Part shown: positions 8,025-18,174 of the stretch, piece after piece | Numbering within the stretch: the first letter of the stretch is position 1 | Layout of the letters: each line of letters begins with the position of its first letter | NCBI GenBank assembly: GCA_905182515.1 | Contig: CAJJBW010000003.1 | Span: 19,248-83,247, forward strand | Direction of reading: 5' to 3' | DNA from: an uncultured Candidatus Poseidoniales archaeon | GTDB taxonomy: Archaea; Thermoplasmatota; Poseidoniia; Poseidoniales; Thalassarchaeaceae | Length of the DNA: 64,000 nucleotides | Notes under the pieces: model-generated | The model's database searches: none | Told to the model about the DNA's origin: nothing | The model's input: the letters and a program-made list of their open reading frames with translations, nothing else | Made by a program: the position numbers and the translations under genes

Positions 8025-11000
8025 TTACTCGTCTCGTCGAATACGCTTCAACCTACGTTCGAAATCATCTAATATTTCCTCGTCCTCATTCTCTTCTTTA
8101 TCGTCCAAAATTTCTCCTTCGGGGTTATCTTCCTCTATTCCTATGTATTTTTCCTCGCGTGCTAAGATTTCCTCTTTAATTACTGGAATTTCTTTTTTAA
8201 TTTTATCTTCATTAGGTTTCCCAGATATGTATAATTTATCTTTTATTGCCCTTTCAGTCATCTCTTCTAATTCTTTCATATCTCTGCGGTTTTTCAATAT
8301 CCATGAAAATACGATATATAAAATTATTATTGCAAATGCTGTAACCAAACTTAAGGGAGTAAATATGGATCTTTCATTATCAATAGCACCGCCTGTGAGC
8401 ACCTTTCTGATTTCATTATCTGCCTGATTTGCATCAATTTCCCATGGGAATGCACAATTTATCCTGACAATTATTTCTGTCCCATCTTCTATTCCCATCG
8501 GCCGTTCAAATTTTGGTTTAGGCGTCAATGCTTCTCTGGTACTCATATCAATTTTTTGAACTGATTCGTATTCTCCTGCTGTAAGTGTTATTGTGCAATC
8601 AGCATCTATTAACTGACTATGGCCGAATCTTTCAGCTGTTATAGCAATTATTTGATTATTTCCTGTTCCTATCAACTCTATGGATGTCAAACCAAGATTC
8701 CAATTATTTTTCCTAATTTCAAAATCCTTTTGATAATTTCCTATTTCATGCCCCTTGGAATCTATTATTCTTATCTCCAAAGTCCTAATTCCGGGGCTGG
8801 GTTCCCAATGTATTGAACTAAGGTTAATATTAGTTATTTGTTGAAAATTATTTAATATTCCAAATTTTGAATCTATAATTACCCCCTTATCGTCCGTAAG
8901 CAACATAGTATATTCAAAACTAGTATTCCCTGGCCCAATTGAACATGAAGAATGAACATCTCCAACAATTCCAGATATCTGGCACGTCACTGATCTTTTA
9001 TTTATTTGATAAGTTTCTAGGATATATGGTAATTTATCTCCCTCATTAATTGTAATGTTGCCATAAGTTATAGAATTCAATGCACCAGTGGGTAATAACC
9101 ATCCCTGTTCTGTCCATTGAAGCTCACTTCCTTGTTCGCCGATAATCGTGTCTTGATTTTGATCCACTCCTCTTATGTTGATTACTGCATTATCTCCTAG
9201 ATAAGAATTTATGAACGGAGAACTACCCCAAGAATAATCACTAAATTTAGTATCTATAAATATTTCTTGTTGATTACCTCTGCCATCTTCCGCTAGTATT
9301 CTAATTGTTTTGATTGATCCATCCCAATCTTCTGAAGGAATGATTTCCAATGGTAAGCCACTTTTTTCATTATTGGATAATACGATTTTAGTAGGGCCAC
9401 TCATGTTCCAACCTTGAGGTAAACTAAGTATTTGAAGTGATATTGTAGTCGGTGAATTCCCATGATTCTCTAAAGATACCAGTGCATAACCTCCGGTAGG
9501 TGATAATATCCATGAGTCATGCTTTACCATTGTAAAATTATAAATTGCAGATACACGAAGAGGCAATGTTATCTCTGAAGAAACACTTGAATCTCCTTCT
9601 CTTACCTTTACGTGCAACTCAACAGATTTTCCATATTGTGCATTATCAGGAGGGGTAACGTTCAAGATCATTTCACTAATTCCTCCTGGTGTTATCATCG
9701 GCAATTCATTAGGGGCCAATACTGTCCAGCCGTTTTCTCCAACAATCCATACAGAGACATATGGTCTAGATGCCATATTCCCTAATTGAACTATTGTCAA
9801 CTCAACGCCTGAACCATTATTCCCTATCTCTAGGTCAGCGTCATTAGCCACAACGGTCCATCCCGGGGAATGTTTTACTCCTATTTCAAAAGAAAATACA
9901 CCTACTTCATCTTCACCAGATACTGCAATGATTTTTACAATCATTATTGAGCCCACTAGTGCTCCTTCGGAGATAGTTGCATTAACCTGCATATTGACTG
10001 TCCCATTAACTCCAACTCCAGTTCTTGCTTCTCCAGTGGCAAGCCATCCAGCAACCAAATCGTTAGGTTCTAGGCTTAATTCTGTTATTGCGATTAGCTC
10101 TATATCATCAATCATGTTGCCTAAATTTTGAGCATTTACTTCTACTTGTAATGTATCTCCTGGATTTATCGTATATTCATTCCCACTAACTTCATTTCCA
10201 TCAATTTTAGCATCTATGGACCAAACATGATTTTGCCTGGCTTGAATTACAAGTATTTTCGAATCAGTAATTATTGTATCTCCTCTTGATGTCATAATTA
10301 TTTCTATATTGATATCTACTCTGGCCGGAGTTGAAGGAGGAATTACTATTGTGATCGGTATTGCCTTCAAACTCCCTGCTTCAAGAGATATAGGATTATT
10401 GGAAAATGTGATTATTATGCCTGGATCGCTTGTAATATTCTGATCTAAAATAATGTTGTGAGATAAATCAAACGAATCTCTTCCATTTCCTGGATTCTCA
10501 AGACGAAGAATTGCTACTTTTTCTTCCCCAATGTCTGCGAAACTTGGAATTTCAGTTGGAGAAGTTATCGTTAATGAGGCTCTGTAGATTTGCAATACTT
10601 CAAGAGAGAACTTAAGATTTGACCCTAGAGGGCCGGACGAACTACTAAATAAATGATACATCGGAGGAGAGTTATCTGGTAAATCTAGGTATAATACTCC
10701 TGTGCTTCTCGATCCGGGAGTCCCTTCAATACTTATCATTCCTCCAATTATTGAAACTTCTCCAGTTGTATTCCAGCTCCATCCATTTATTGCCATTCCT
10801 GAATCTGCTAATGACCAATTTAGGTATTCCTCGTCACTAGGGATATCTGCAATTATCGTCCATTGCAAACCTTCGGATGGCACAGACCTTTGATGATTGT
10901 TTTCAAATAGCACTCTTGATACTTCAAAACTTAATATTATTGTTTGACATATTTCTTCTTCGCCATTCCCTACACACATTGTCAGAGGTGTACTTACGGT

Positions 11001-13721
11001 TTCTTCATATTCGGCATCACTTGGAATCATTAATTTTGCTGCCATTTCTTTTGTTTCACCGGGTCCAAGTAGCAATGCTGTTTCTTCCACATCTTGAGAA
11101 TTGAATAATTTTAAATCCGATCCCCAATCAGTATTGTCCCAAGATATTGTAATTTGATTTTCTGCTGCATTTCCAACATTTTCTATCATTAACCATGCTG
11201 CTGCATAACTGCCAATTAGCCCATACCCTTCTGTAAAAGCTGTACCGTCAGGGCCTCTTAGTGAGAGCCCTCTTGTCCGATTGGCCTCGATTGGTAAAGT
11301 CGCATCTACGCTAATATTGTTATTTGCATCCAATACTAAATTAAGGACCAAAAAACCAGAATCAGAACCCAATGCATCATTTGGGGCATTTATTGATATT
11401 TCGGGGCGCCATGTTTCTCCAACTTTTATTTCAACGCCCTCTAATTCACTTCCTGAAACCTCATTCCAAGACCATCCAACTGGTAAATTACTAGAATCAA
11501 TATTCATGCTCCATGTCCCTGGTAACCTTCCTGTGGAACGTATCGTGGGAATGGCTATACTACTTTCTCCTGGATTGACCCTAATTGGATCAGTTGGTAT
11601 TTCAAAAGAAGCATTATATGGTGGTATTATGAACAATGTTTTTACTTGATTATCGTTATCATATCGAGATTGAGTTATATTCCTATATGGGTCTAATTTT
11701 AATTCAAAAATATGGCTACCTAAATCTCCCTCCCATTCTACATCAAAACTTGAGAATGTACCTGGCCCACTTGGATCTATTGGCTGCATATTTCCTGACC
11801 TATATCTCCCAATTTCATCACCATCTGCATAAAGGACCGCATCTACTCCTTCTTCCGTTGTAGAAGTTCCAGAATTTTCAAAGAATGCAGTTATTGTTAC
11901 TTTTTCTCCAGGATCGGGTTCATTTGGGTTAAACTCTATACTTCTGTTGTCTGTTAACGGCCTAATGTCTACTATCCCAGTAGATACTACCATGCTGCCA
12001 ATGACTATGTCTAAAGTCGCATCTCCATCGATATCTGCTAGAGAGGGAGAAGACCATGTTCTATGGCTTAATTCTACTTCGTTTGACCACTCTGAATTTA
12101 TTGCTGTCGACGTCCCTTCTTCTCCATCAAATGCCCATAGCGATCTACCATACGCAACTAACAATTCTTGTCCATCCTCTCCATCAATATCCATCCAAGT
12201 TGGTGCACTAACTGCAATTTCATCATTTGGAGTGCCACTACTCTGCTCTAAGTCTCTATTCCAAATTTGGTCAGGAATTGTTCCACTGACGTCATGACAT
12301 CCTGCTTCTCCGTGCCTTGCTGTGGTTGTTTGCCACCATGTGACCCAACAAATTCTATCATATATGCCGTCTGAATCAGAGTCTATTGCCGTAGGAGGCG
12401 CATCTGCAAAGCCGTTTACAGAATTGAAACTCCAAATTTCTTCCCCATCGCTGATTTCTATTCCTCTATATTCTGCACCATCTGCACTTGCAGAGCCATC
12501 AGCATCAGTGGGAATGGTAATTATCATTTCAGGAACACTATCAGAGTCCAAATTTACTATTATTGGACCAGGTAATCTAATGTGAGGAACATTATTGTCA
12601 CCATCGATATTATTCAGACTTAGGCCGCCATCCCAGCTAGAATCTCCTGTCTCAGACTCTATTTTCCAGATCCACATTCCTCCACTATTCGCTTCTATTG
12701 TGGTTAATAATATGTAAGCTGTTGAATCATCAGTTTTTGCAAAGGCTGGATCAGAAGGGTGACTGCCTTTGTCTAGGCTAACCTGCCAAATTGGATTGGG
12801 TACACTACTTGAAGGTAAAGGAAGTGCTAAGACTACTGGTTCATCTGTTATCTGATTAATTAGAGTAAGTATTAGTTCAGCATCACCGTCTAGGTCTATA
12901 TCTGCTAATAGAAGCTGAGTTGTTGGATTGTGCCCTCCAAGTAAATCGCTTGTGTAAGGGCCTTCTTGACTCCCAATTAGTAATGTTTCGTCACTCCAAG
13001 TCCAAAGTAATTCTGATGAATGACTTCCTGAGGACCATCCTGTTACCGAGCAAGATAGCCTAGGTGACCAAGCCTCGACAAAAACTGAACCCCCTGCATC
13101 ATATGCAATTATTATTTCTTGTTTGCCATCTTCATCGAGGTCAATTATCACGGGAGATGTTTTTATTCTTTCAGTCATACCTAAATCTACTTGCCAAGCT
13201 AGGTCAGAATCTTCTCCTTCTATGATGCGAAGAAAACTATGGTCGGAACCTGATACAACTTCGGTTTGAATAATTATTAAAAATAGAGAATCTTCTCCAC
13301 AGCGTTCTGAGGCTTCAACATCTTTAGTAATTGAATTTTCAAAATTAGCAATTGGAGTAGCTAATGCATCGTTACCAATTTCATAACTACCATATTCCCA
13401 ATTTATTTTTGGATCTATTATTGACATTAGTTCTGATGAATTGTTGGGATCTTCAAAACCTGCTCCTCCTTCTGGGCTATGGGGAGGAATGTCGCCAATC
13501 CTATCACCTGTTCTTCCAAATTGCGGCCAAGCCTGTCCTCCATCTGACCAAACATCAACTGAATTATGAGAGGTATTCCTTATGGATTCATTATCATCCT
13601 CGGTCATAATTAAATTATTTGAAGTTAGCAAAGGAGAAACCCCAACTAATAACATGATGAATGTTATCATCAGTGTTTTCCGAGCATTTTCGGAATGGTT
13701 CTGTATAGTGCCCACTACCAT
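8025..13721 (-). CDS. Large membrane-anchored surface protein: FG-GAP-like Ca-binding propeller, CARDB, tandem Ig-like (NEW3-like) domains, TM and charged tail
   Basis: Signal peptide; WPQFG; repeated DxDxDG hairpins (IDLDEDGKQE, DIDLDGDAE, DIDGDATLD); repeated IEN.GN Ig strands; TM near aa 1790-1810. Confidence 0.8.
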   Translation of the reverse strand: MVVGTIQNHSENARKTLMITFIMLLVGVSPLLTSNNLIMTEDDNESIRNTSHNSVDVWSDGGQAWPQFGRTGDRIGDIPPHSPEGGAGFEDPNNSSELMSIIDPKINWEYGSYEIGNDALATPIANFENSITKDVEASERCGEDSLFLIIIQTEVVSGSDHSFLRIIEGEDSDLAWQVDLGMTERIKTSPVIIDLDEDGKQEIIIAYDAGGSVFVEAWSPRLSCSVTGWSSGSHSSELLWTWSDETLLIGSQEGPYTSDLLGGHNPTTQLLLADIDLDGDAELILTLINQITDEPVVLALPLPSSSVPNPIWQVSLDKGSHPSDPAFAKTDDSTAYILLTTIEANSGGMWIWKIESETGDSSWDGGLSLNNIDGDNNVPHIRLPGPIIVNLDSDSVPEMIITIPTDADGSASADGAEYRGIEISDGEEIWSFNSVNGFADAPPTAIDSDSDGIYDRICWVTWWQTTTARHGEAGCHDVSGTIPDQIWNRDLEQSSGTPNDEIAVSAPTWMDIDGEDGQELLVAYGRSLWAFDGEEGTSTAINSEWSNEVELSHRTWSSPSLADIDGDATLDIVIGSMVVSTGIVDIRPLTDNRSIEFNPNEPDPGEKVTITAFFENSGTSTTEEGVDAVLYADGDEIGRYRSGNMQPIDPSGPGTFSSFDVEWEGDLGSHIFELKLDPYRNITQSRYDNDNQVKTLFIIPPYNASFEIPTDPIRVNPGESSIAIPTIRSTGRLPGTWSMNIDSSNLPVGWSWNEVSGSELEGVEIKVGETWRPEISINAPNDALGSDSGFLVLNLVLDANNNISVDATLPIEANRTRGLSLRGPDGTAFTEGYGLIGSYAAAWLMIENVGNAAENQITISWDNTDWGSDLKLFNSQDVEETALLLGPGETKEMAAKLMIPSDAEYEETVSTPLTMCVGNGEEEICQTIILSFEVSRVLFENNHQRSVPSEGLQWTIIADIPSDEEYLNWSLADSGMAINGWSWNTTGEVSIIGGMISIEGTPGSRSTGVLYLDLPDNSPPMYHLFSSSSGPLGSNLKFSLEVLQIYRASLTITSPTEIPSFADIGEEKVAILRLENPGNGRDSFDLSHNIILDQNITSDPGIIITFSNNPISLEAGSLKAIPITIVIPPSTPARVDINIEIIMTSRGDTIITDSKILVIQARQNHVWSIDAKIDGNEVSGNEYTINPGDTLQVEVNAQNLGNMIDDIELIAITELSLEPNDLVAGWLATGEARTGVGVNGTVNMQVNATISEGALVGSIMIVKIIAVSGEDEVGVFSFEIGVKHSPGWTVVANDADLEIGNNGSGVELTIVQLGNMASRPYVSVWIVGENGWTVLAPNELPMITPGGISEMILNVTPPDNAQYGKSVELHVKVREGDSSVSSEITLPLRVSAIYNFTMVKHDSWILSPTGGYALVSLENHGNSPTTISLQILSLPQGWNMSGPTKIVLSNNEKSGLPLEIIPSEDWDGSIKTIRILAEDGRGNQQEIFIDTKFSDYSWGSSPFINSYLGDNAVINIRGVDQNQDTIIGEQGSELQWTEQGWLLPTGALNSITYGNITINEGDKLPYILETYQINKRSVTCQISGIVGDVHSSCSIGPGNTSFEYTMLLTDDKGVIIDSKFGILNNFQQITNINLSSIHWEPSPGIRTLEIRIIDSKGHEIGNYQKDFEIRKNNWNLGLTSIELIGTGNNQIIAITAERFGHSQLIDADCTITLTAGEYESVQKIDMSTREALTPKPKFERPMGIEDGTEIIVRINCAFPWEIDANQADNEIRKVLTGGAIDNERSIFTPLSLVTAFAIIILYIVFSWILKNRRDMKELEEMTERAIKDKLYISGKPNEDKIKKEIPVIKEEILAREEKYIGIEEDNPEGEILDDKEENEDEEILDDFERRLKRIRRDE

Positions 13722-13804
13722 TAGAAAACATCATGCGCTTCCGAATCTTCTTGAACATTCGCACTAATAGTACATGCAAGACTATGGTCTTTGTACGTTA
13801 TCAA

Positions 13805-13933
13805 GAAACCGAGAATATGTTATCATCCGTTGCGCTTATACGAGATGTGCCGGTCGCTCGTCTCAACTGACCTCTCCTCTAGAGGCATAGCTGATGAGGG
13901 ACGAGAGGATTTTCCTCCGTCTTCCTCGGTTTT
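13805..13933 (+). ncRNA. Candidate structured RNA or 5' leader upstream of the rpoE' operon (unclassified)
   Basis: GC-rich intergenic patch. CTCGTCTC(13857-64)/GGGACGAG(13898-905); alternative GGGACG-A-GAGG/CCTC-CGTCTT(13898-923); AAACCGAG(13806-13)/CTCGGTTT(13925-32); CTGA and TGATGA motifs. Strand assumed. Confidence 0.35.
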
Positions 13934-13956
13934 GAATCTATAGGGGTGCATAAGTT

Positions 13957-13962
13957 GGAGGT
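13957..13962 (+). promoter_or_regulatory. Shine-Dalgarno site of rpoE'
   Basis: GGAGGT 7 nt upstream of the ATG at 13970. Confidence 0.7.
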
Positions 13963-13969
13963 ATAGAAA

Positions 13970-14518
13970 ATGTATAGACTTGTAACAAGAGAAGACACTA
14001 TTCGTATTCCGGCTGAATACATCCGTCGAGGCCGTAAACTAGAAGAACATATCGATGAGCTTGCTCATGAGGCCTTCGAAGGTCGTTTTGATGAGAATGA
14101 ACAGTATACTTTAGTCACTTTTAATCATGAGACTGTAGGGAGAGGTAAAATTATCCATGGTGATGGAGCAATATATCAAAGCGTAAGATTCAAGGCTCTA
14201 GTTTTCACAATGGAAAATAACGAAGTTGTAGATGGCGCCGTTTCTGAAGTGTCTGAATATGGGGCTTTCGTTAGGATTGGGCCAATAGAGGCACTATTAC
14301 ACAAATCTCAGATACTTGATGAGCCTATTCAAGTTAATTTAGGAATTCGCCGTATTGAAGGGGCGCAAACTGGTAAATCCCTTACCGAGGGCTCTTTTGT
14401 CAGATCAAGAATAGTATCCAAAGCAATTAACCAAAATGATCCACGCTCAAGTAAAATTGGCCTAAATTGTAAAATGGATGGTCTTGGTTGTTTCGACTGG
14501 CTAACAGAGAGTGATTAA
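13970..14518 (+). CDS. rpoE1: DNA-directed RNA polymerase subunit E' (Rpo7)
   Basis: DTIRIP, GKIIHGDGA, S1 domain with GAFVRIGPIEALLHKSQI; operon context. Confidence 0.95.
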   Translation: MYRLVTREDTIRIPAEYIRRGRKLEEHIDELAHEAFEGRFDENEQYTLVTFNHETVGRGKIIHGDGAIYQSVRFKALVFTMENNEVVDGAVSEVSEYGAFVRIGPIEALLHKSQILDEPIQVNLGIRRIEGAQTGKSLTEGSFVRSRIVSKAINQNDPRSSKIGLNCKMDGLGCFDWLTESD

Positions 14519-14519
14519 T

Positions 14520-14723
14520 ATGGCTAAAGTACCATTTGCATGCGGCGAGTGTAATAGGATACTGGACGATGGAGTCGGGCAATGCAATCACTGCCCCAAC
14601 GCACCAGTAACTACTGATTGGCAAGGTTTCGTAGTTATTTTACATCCATCACGTTCTGAAATAGCCAAAAGACTTAATGTTTCTGCACCAGGTAATTATG
14701 CATTAAAAGTTAATATTCGTTAG
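14520..14723 (+). CDS. spt4: Transcription elongation factor Spt4 (RpoE'')
   Basis: ACGECN...CNHC zinc ribbon, TTDWQGFVVI, PGNYALKV; ATG at 14520. Confidence 0.93.
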   Translation: MAKVPFACGECNRILDDGVGQCNHCPNAPVTTDWQGFVVILHPSRSEIAKRLNVSAPGNYALKVNIR

Positions 14724-14734
14724 GAGATGATAAT

Positions 14735-15037
14735 TTGGAAATAATTGATAGAAAAGATAACTCACTACTTAATAGGGTGGAAATAAAATTCACATTGAAT
14801 CACGATAGCGAACCAACTCCATCTTTGACCGAAATGATAAACATGGTATTGAAATTAGAACCAGGTTCAAAGAGAGAATTAATTTACATAAAAAACGTAA
14901 ATACTAGGTTCGGTATGCCTCGAACATCAGGATTAGCTCTAATTTACTCCTCAATGGAGGATGCGAGTATTGAGCCAGAATATATTAAATCACGCCATAA
15001 AGTCTCTGAAGAAGAATCTAAAGGAGGGAATGAATAA
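14735..15037 (+). CDS. rps24e: 30S ribosomal protein S24e
   Basis: NSLLNRVEI, PTPS, NTRFG...G.ALIY; TTG start with GGAG upstream. Confidence 0.9.
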   Translation: MEIIDRKDNSLLNRVEIKFTLNHDSEPTPSLTEMINMVLKLEPGSKRELIYIKNVNTRFGMPRTSGLALIYSSMEDASIEPEYIKSRHKVSEEESKGGNE

Positions 15038-15237
15038 TGCCGGATGGAAGTCCTAATCCTCAATCAAAGCATTCTAAGTATTCTATAGATGGAGATTCTT
15101 TAATCCGTAAAGGAGAGTTTTGTCCTAATTGCGGCCCAGGTGTATTTCTTGGTGTCCATAGTGACCGAAAGGTATGTGGCAAATGTGGATTTTCAAATCC
15201 TCCAAAAGCGTACCGTGGCTTAGATCAGGAAGAATAA
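15037..15237 (+). CDS. rps27ae: 30S ribosomal protein S27ae
   Basis: FCPNCGPGVFLGVHSDRKVCGKCG zinc finger. Confidence 0.93.
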   Translation: MPDGSPNPQSKHSKYSIDGDSLIRKGEFCPNCGPGVFLGVHSDRKVCGKCGFSNPPKAYRGLDQEE

Positions 15238-16151
15238 TTTTCCCACTGTCCATCATTGGTGATAATTTTATCATCAAATATGTGAATTCCTATGTTATTT
15301 CTAGGTTTACTTTTGTAGTCTTTAATTTGTATTCCGTCATTTGAAATTTTAATTTTACCATCATGTCTCCATCCAGTCCATTTCCACTCTCCTTCAGAGA
15401 AGTGGGCATCGATAACTGGCCCAGGTGTCTTAATTATTACTGGCGTGTCACTCAGTCCTTGCATCAATGCAATATATTTACCGTGCAGCATTATGAACCA
15501 ACCTCCGCAAATATCATATCTGATGTCCGTTATTTTGTCTTTAAGTTTAACAACTCTTCTTTCCTTCACGTTTCTTTCAGAATCTAATTGTATCAATCCT
15601 CCTGCAGTTGACCAAATTACTATTCCTGAATCACATTTAATTATTTTTATGATTGGGTTTTTACCTTCAGGAATGCCAATTTCAGGCCATGTTGGGTAAT
15701 GTTCTCTCCATATTTCCTCTCCATTTTGATCAACCATGTATATTCCCTTACTCATCATTGCAAATACTATATTATCATCAATTTTGCCCAAGGCCATTGG
15801 TTCAGATGTAAGTATTTTTTGCCAAATCGCGGAATTAGGTATAATTTCTGAATCTTCAAAAGAAGGAGAGGTTCTTAGGACATCTCTTCCAATACCATCT
15901 TCCCAAGTAACACTTAGGGGCAATGCTGCTATTCTTGCATCTCCTAAATCTCTGTCTAGCCAAATACCGACCCATATATCTTCAAAAATTACTCCCGAAA
16001 TTAGAGGGGTAGGAAATGGCCTAGAAGCATTTTCAATTTTTTTAAATTCAGAGTTTAGTTTAATCAATTCTCCAGAATTGCCTATGACGACAAATTTGCC
16101 ATTATTTCTATTGACCATCAATGGAGTGAAGTCTAACTGAATACTATCCAT
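15225..16151 (-). CDS. Hypothetical protein, probable beta-propeller-like fold
   Basis: 308-aa ORF of short beta-strand repeats (GIYMVDQNGEEIW); no signal peptide seen. Confidence 0.65.
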   Translation of the reverse strand: MDSIQLDFTPLMVNRNNGKFVVIGNSGELIKLNSEFKKIENASRPFPTPLISGVIFEDIWVGIWLDRDLGDARIAALPLSVTWEDGIGRDVLRTSPSFEDSEIIPNSAIWQKILTSEPMALGKIDDNIVFAMMSKGIYMVDQNGEEIWREHYPTWPEIGIPEGKNPIIKIIKCDSGIVIWSTAGGLIQLDSERNVKERRVVKLKDKITDIRYDICGGWFIMLHGKYIALMQGLSDTPVIIKTPGPVIDAHFSEGEWKWTGWRHDGKIKISNDGIQIKDYKSKPRNNIGIHIFDDKIITNDGQWENYSS

Positions 16152-16222
16152 ATTAACCGATTCACCCTCAGTCTTTCAATGTGTTTCCGCCAAGTTTGAA
16201 ATCTGTAGCCCCTACGAGCATC

Positions 16223-17203
16223 ATGGTCTCGTTATTGTTATGTTCTTCAAAAGATCCAGCTTCTATAAATTTACATAATGAATTATTGCTCAATGGAGGG
16301 TGGGCAGATCCAATACCAATGAAACATGGCATTCTATTTGAGCATAAAATCCAAAAAGTCCACATGCTATTAATGGAACATACTCATCACATATTTGCAG
16401 ATAATATTGATATTATCCATGAAGAAGAAACAAATGTTATTCTAAAAGAAGTATTAGTTCTCTCAAAACACGTTTCTAAATCTAAGATACCTGCTTTAAC
16501 TGTTCATGCTATAGGTCTTCCTGGGCAAACACCGTTAGGAGAAAAGGGTATTTCAGGGGGAATTAATGGAGAAGTTATACCCCCGTCTCCTAGGTTTTTC
16601 AAACTGTTTCAAATTTTAATGAATGTGGCTACTGAGATGGATTTAGATTCAGAGTTTGATATCACCTTGGAATCCACTCATCACGGGCCATTTCTTTCAA
16701 GACCTACACTTTATTTAGAAATCGGCTCCACTATGGCAGAATGGATTAGAAAGGATGTAGCAAAAACTTGGGCAATTGTCATTTCCAAATGCCTAGGATT
16801 AGATGGTAGTGAACCGGATGGAGAATGGAAAGGGAAAGGAGATGTCATGTTATGCCTTGGAGGGGGGCATTATGCGCCACGGCACAAATCAATAATCTCA
16901 CAGACAGAATTATGGTTAGGGCATATTTTAGCAAATTATTCACTAATTTTTGATGAATATTCTGAAAATACAGAGGCTGCAGGGGCATGGAAAAATTCCT
17001 TGACAAACTCTCTTAAAGCTACTCAAATTGCTTACCCTGGTGGCGATATCTTTGCCCATCTTGATCGTAAATCATTCAAAAGCTGGCAAAGAAATGCTAT
17101 TATTATATTTTTGGAAAGCCAAAATATTCCGGTCTATAGGGGAAAACAAATACTGTTGCTCCATAAGCATAAAAGTTCTACCAACTCTGCATCTAAACAA
17201 TGA
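16223..17203 (+). CDS. dtdA: Archaeal D-aminoacyl-tRNA deacylase (DTD2/GEK1 family)
   Basis: S..DPAS.N, SKH.SKS..PALTVH..G, TLESTHHGP, LEIGST, GGGHYAP; start moved to ATG 16223. Confidence 0.9.
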   Translation: MVSLLLCSSKDPASINLHNELLLNGGWADPIPMKHGILFEHKIQKVHMLLMEHTHHIFADNIDIIHEEETNVILKEVLVLSKHVSKSKIPALTVHAIGLPGQTPLGEKGISGGINGEVIPPSPRFFKLFQILMNVATEMDLDSEFDITLESTHHGPFLSRPTLYLEIGSTMAEWIRKDVAKTWAIVISKCLGLDGSEPDGEWKGKGDVMLCLGGGHYAPRHKSIISQTELWLGHILANYSLIFDEYSENTEAAGAWKNSLTNSLKATQIAYPGGDIFAHLDRKSFKSWQRNAIIIFLESQNIPVYRGKQILLLHKHKSSTNSASKQ

Positions 17204-18174
17204 AGTTAATGGGACGTTCTATTGTAACTCTCCTCCCCTTTGTACCTCGTTTCTTTGTTCGATGGATTTCCAAGAGGTACGTGGCAGGTGAAAATCTCAA
17301 TGATGCTGTTCTTGTTATGAAGAAATTACAATCAGAAAATACGTGTTTTACTGTTGATGTCCTTGGAGAAGAAATAAGAAATATGGCAGAAGCCTCTTAC
17401 TTCCTCAAAGAATATAATTTACTTTTGGATGCAATTGTTGAAAATAAGCTTGATGCAAATATTTCTATTAAACCAACGGCATTAGGTTTGTTAATTGATA
17501 GAGAAGGGGCTTGTTCCAATTTGATGAAACTACTAAAGAAAGCATCTGAAAATGATATTTTTGTACGTTTGGACATGGAAGATAATAGGGTCACCCAATC
17601 AACTATAGATCTAGTTTATGAAATGCATCAAAAAGGAATAAATAATGTAGGTACAGTACTTCAAGCTAGATTGTTCCGTACCTCTGATGATATAGAAAAA
17701 GTTTGTTCAATAACTCATAAAAATTCAGATTTAAGGATATGCAAAGGCATATATCTAGAACCGGAAGAAATCGCTCATACGAATTACTTGGATATAGTGG
17801 ATGCCACAATTCTTGCTGTAGATCAATTATTAGATAATGGAGCTTACACTGCCATAGCATCTCATGATGATCCAATAATAAATCATAGCCTAAAGTCCCT
17901 AAGAAGTAGAGGAATGGGCCCAAATTTAGATGATCCCAGAGGTAACGCTGGATTGAAAATCAAAGGAAAAGGACATGGATATGAATTCCAGTTCTTATTG
18001 GGAGTTAGAGGAGATGAAAGACGTAAATTAGCCCAAGCAGGTCACCTTACTCGTGTGTATATTCCCTATGGTTCACGCTGGTATGAATATAGTATGCGCC
18101 GATTAAGGGAAAATCCTGAGATAGCTATTCATGTAGCAAAAGCATTCTTACTGCCTTGGACTAATCGAAGATAA
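17200..18174 (+). CDS. Monofunctional proline dehydrogenase
   Basis: YVAGE, DVLGE, SIKPT, RLDME, VLQARL, RICKGIY, AIASHD, EFQFLLGV, VYIPYG..WYEY..RRL.E. Confidence 0.9.
   Translation: MKLMGRSIVTLLPFVPRFFVRWISKRYVAGENLNDAVLVMKKLQSENTCFTVDVLGEEIRNMAEASYFLKEYNLLLDAIVENKLDANISIKPTALGLLIDREGACSNLMKLLKKASENDIFVRLDMEDNRVTQSTIDLVYEMHQKGINNVGTVLQARLFRTSDDIEKVCSITHKNSDLRICKGIYLEPEEIAHTNYLDIVDATILAVDQLLDNGAYTAIASHDDPIINHSLKSLRSRGMGPNLDDPRGNAGLKIKGKGHGYEFQFLLGVRGDERRKLAQAGHLTRVYIPYGSRWYEYSMRRLRENPEIAIHVAKAFLLPWTNRR

Noticed and set aside
13805-13933. Hammerhead ribozyme or known riboswitch (CTGATGA, GTC and GAAAC elements; TTATCAAGA and GAGGGAC resemble SAM-I)
   Set aside because: No GAAA follows a stem II after CTGATGA, the element order fits no hammerhead permutation, and the SAM-I-like words are about 90 nt apart. 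Box spacing also does not fit a standard C/D guide.
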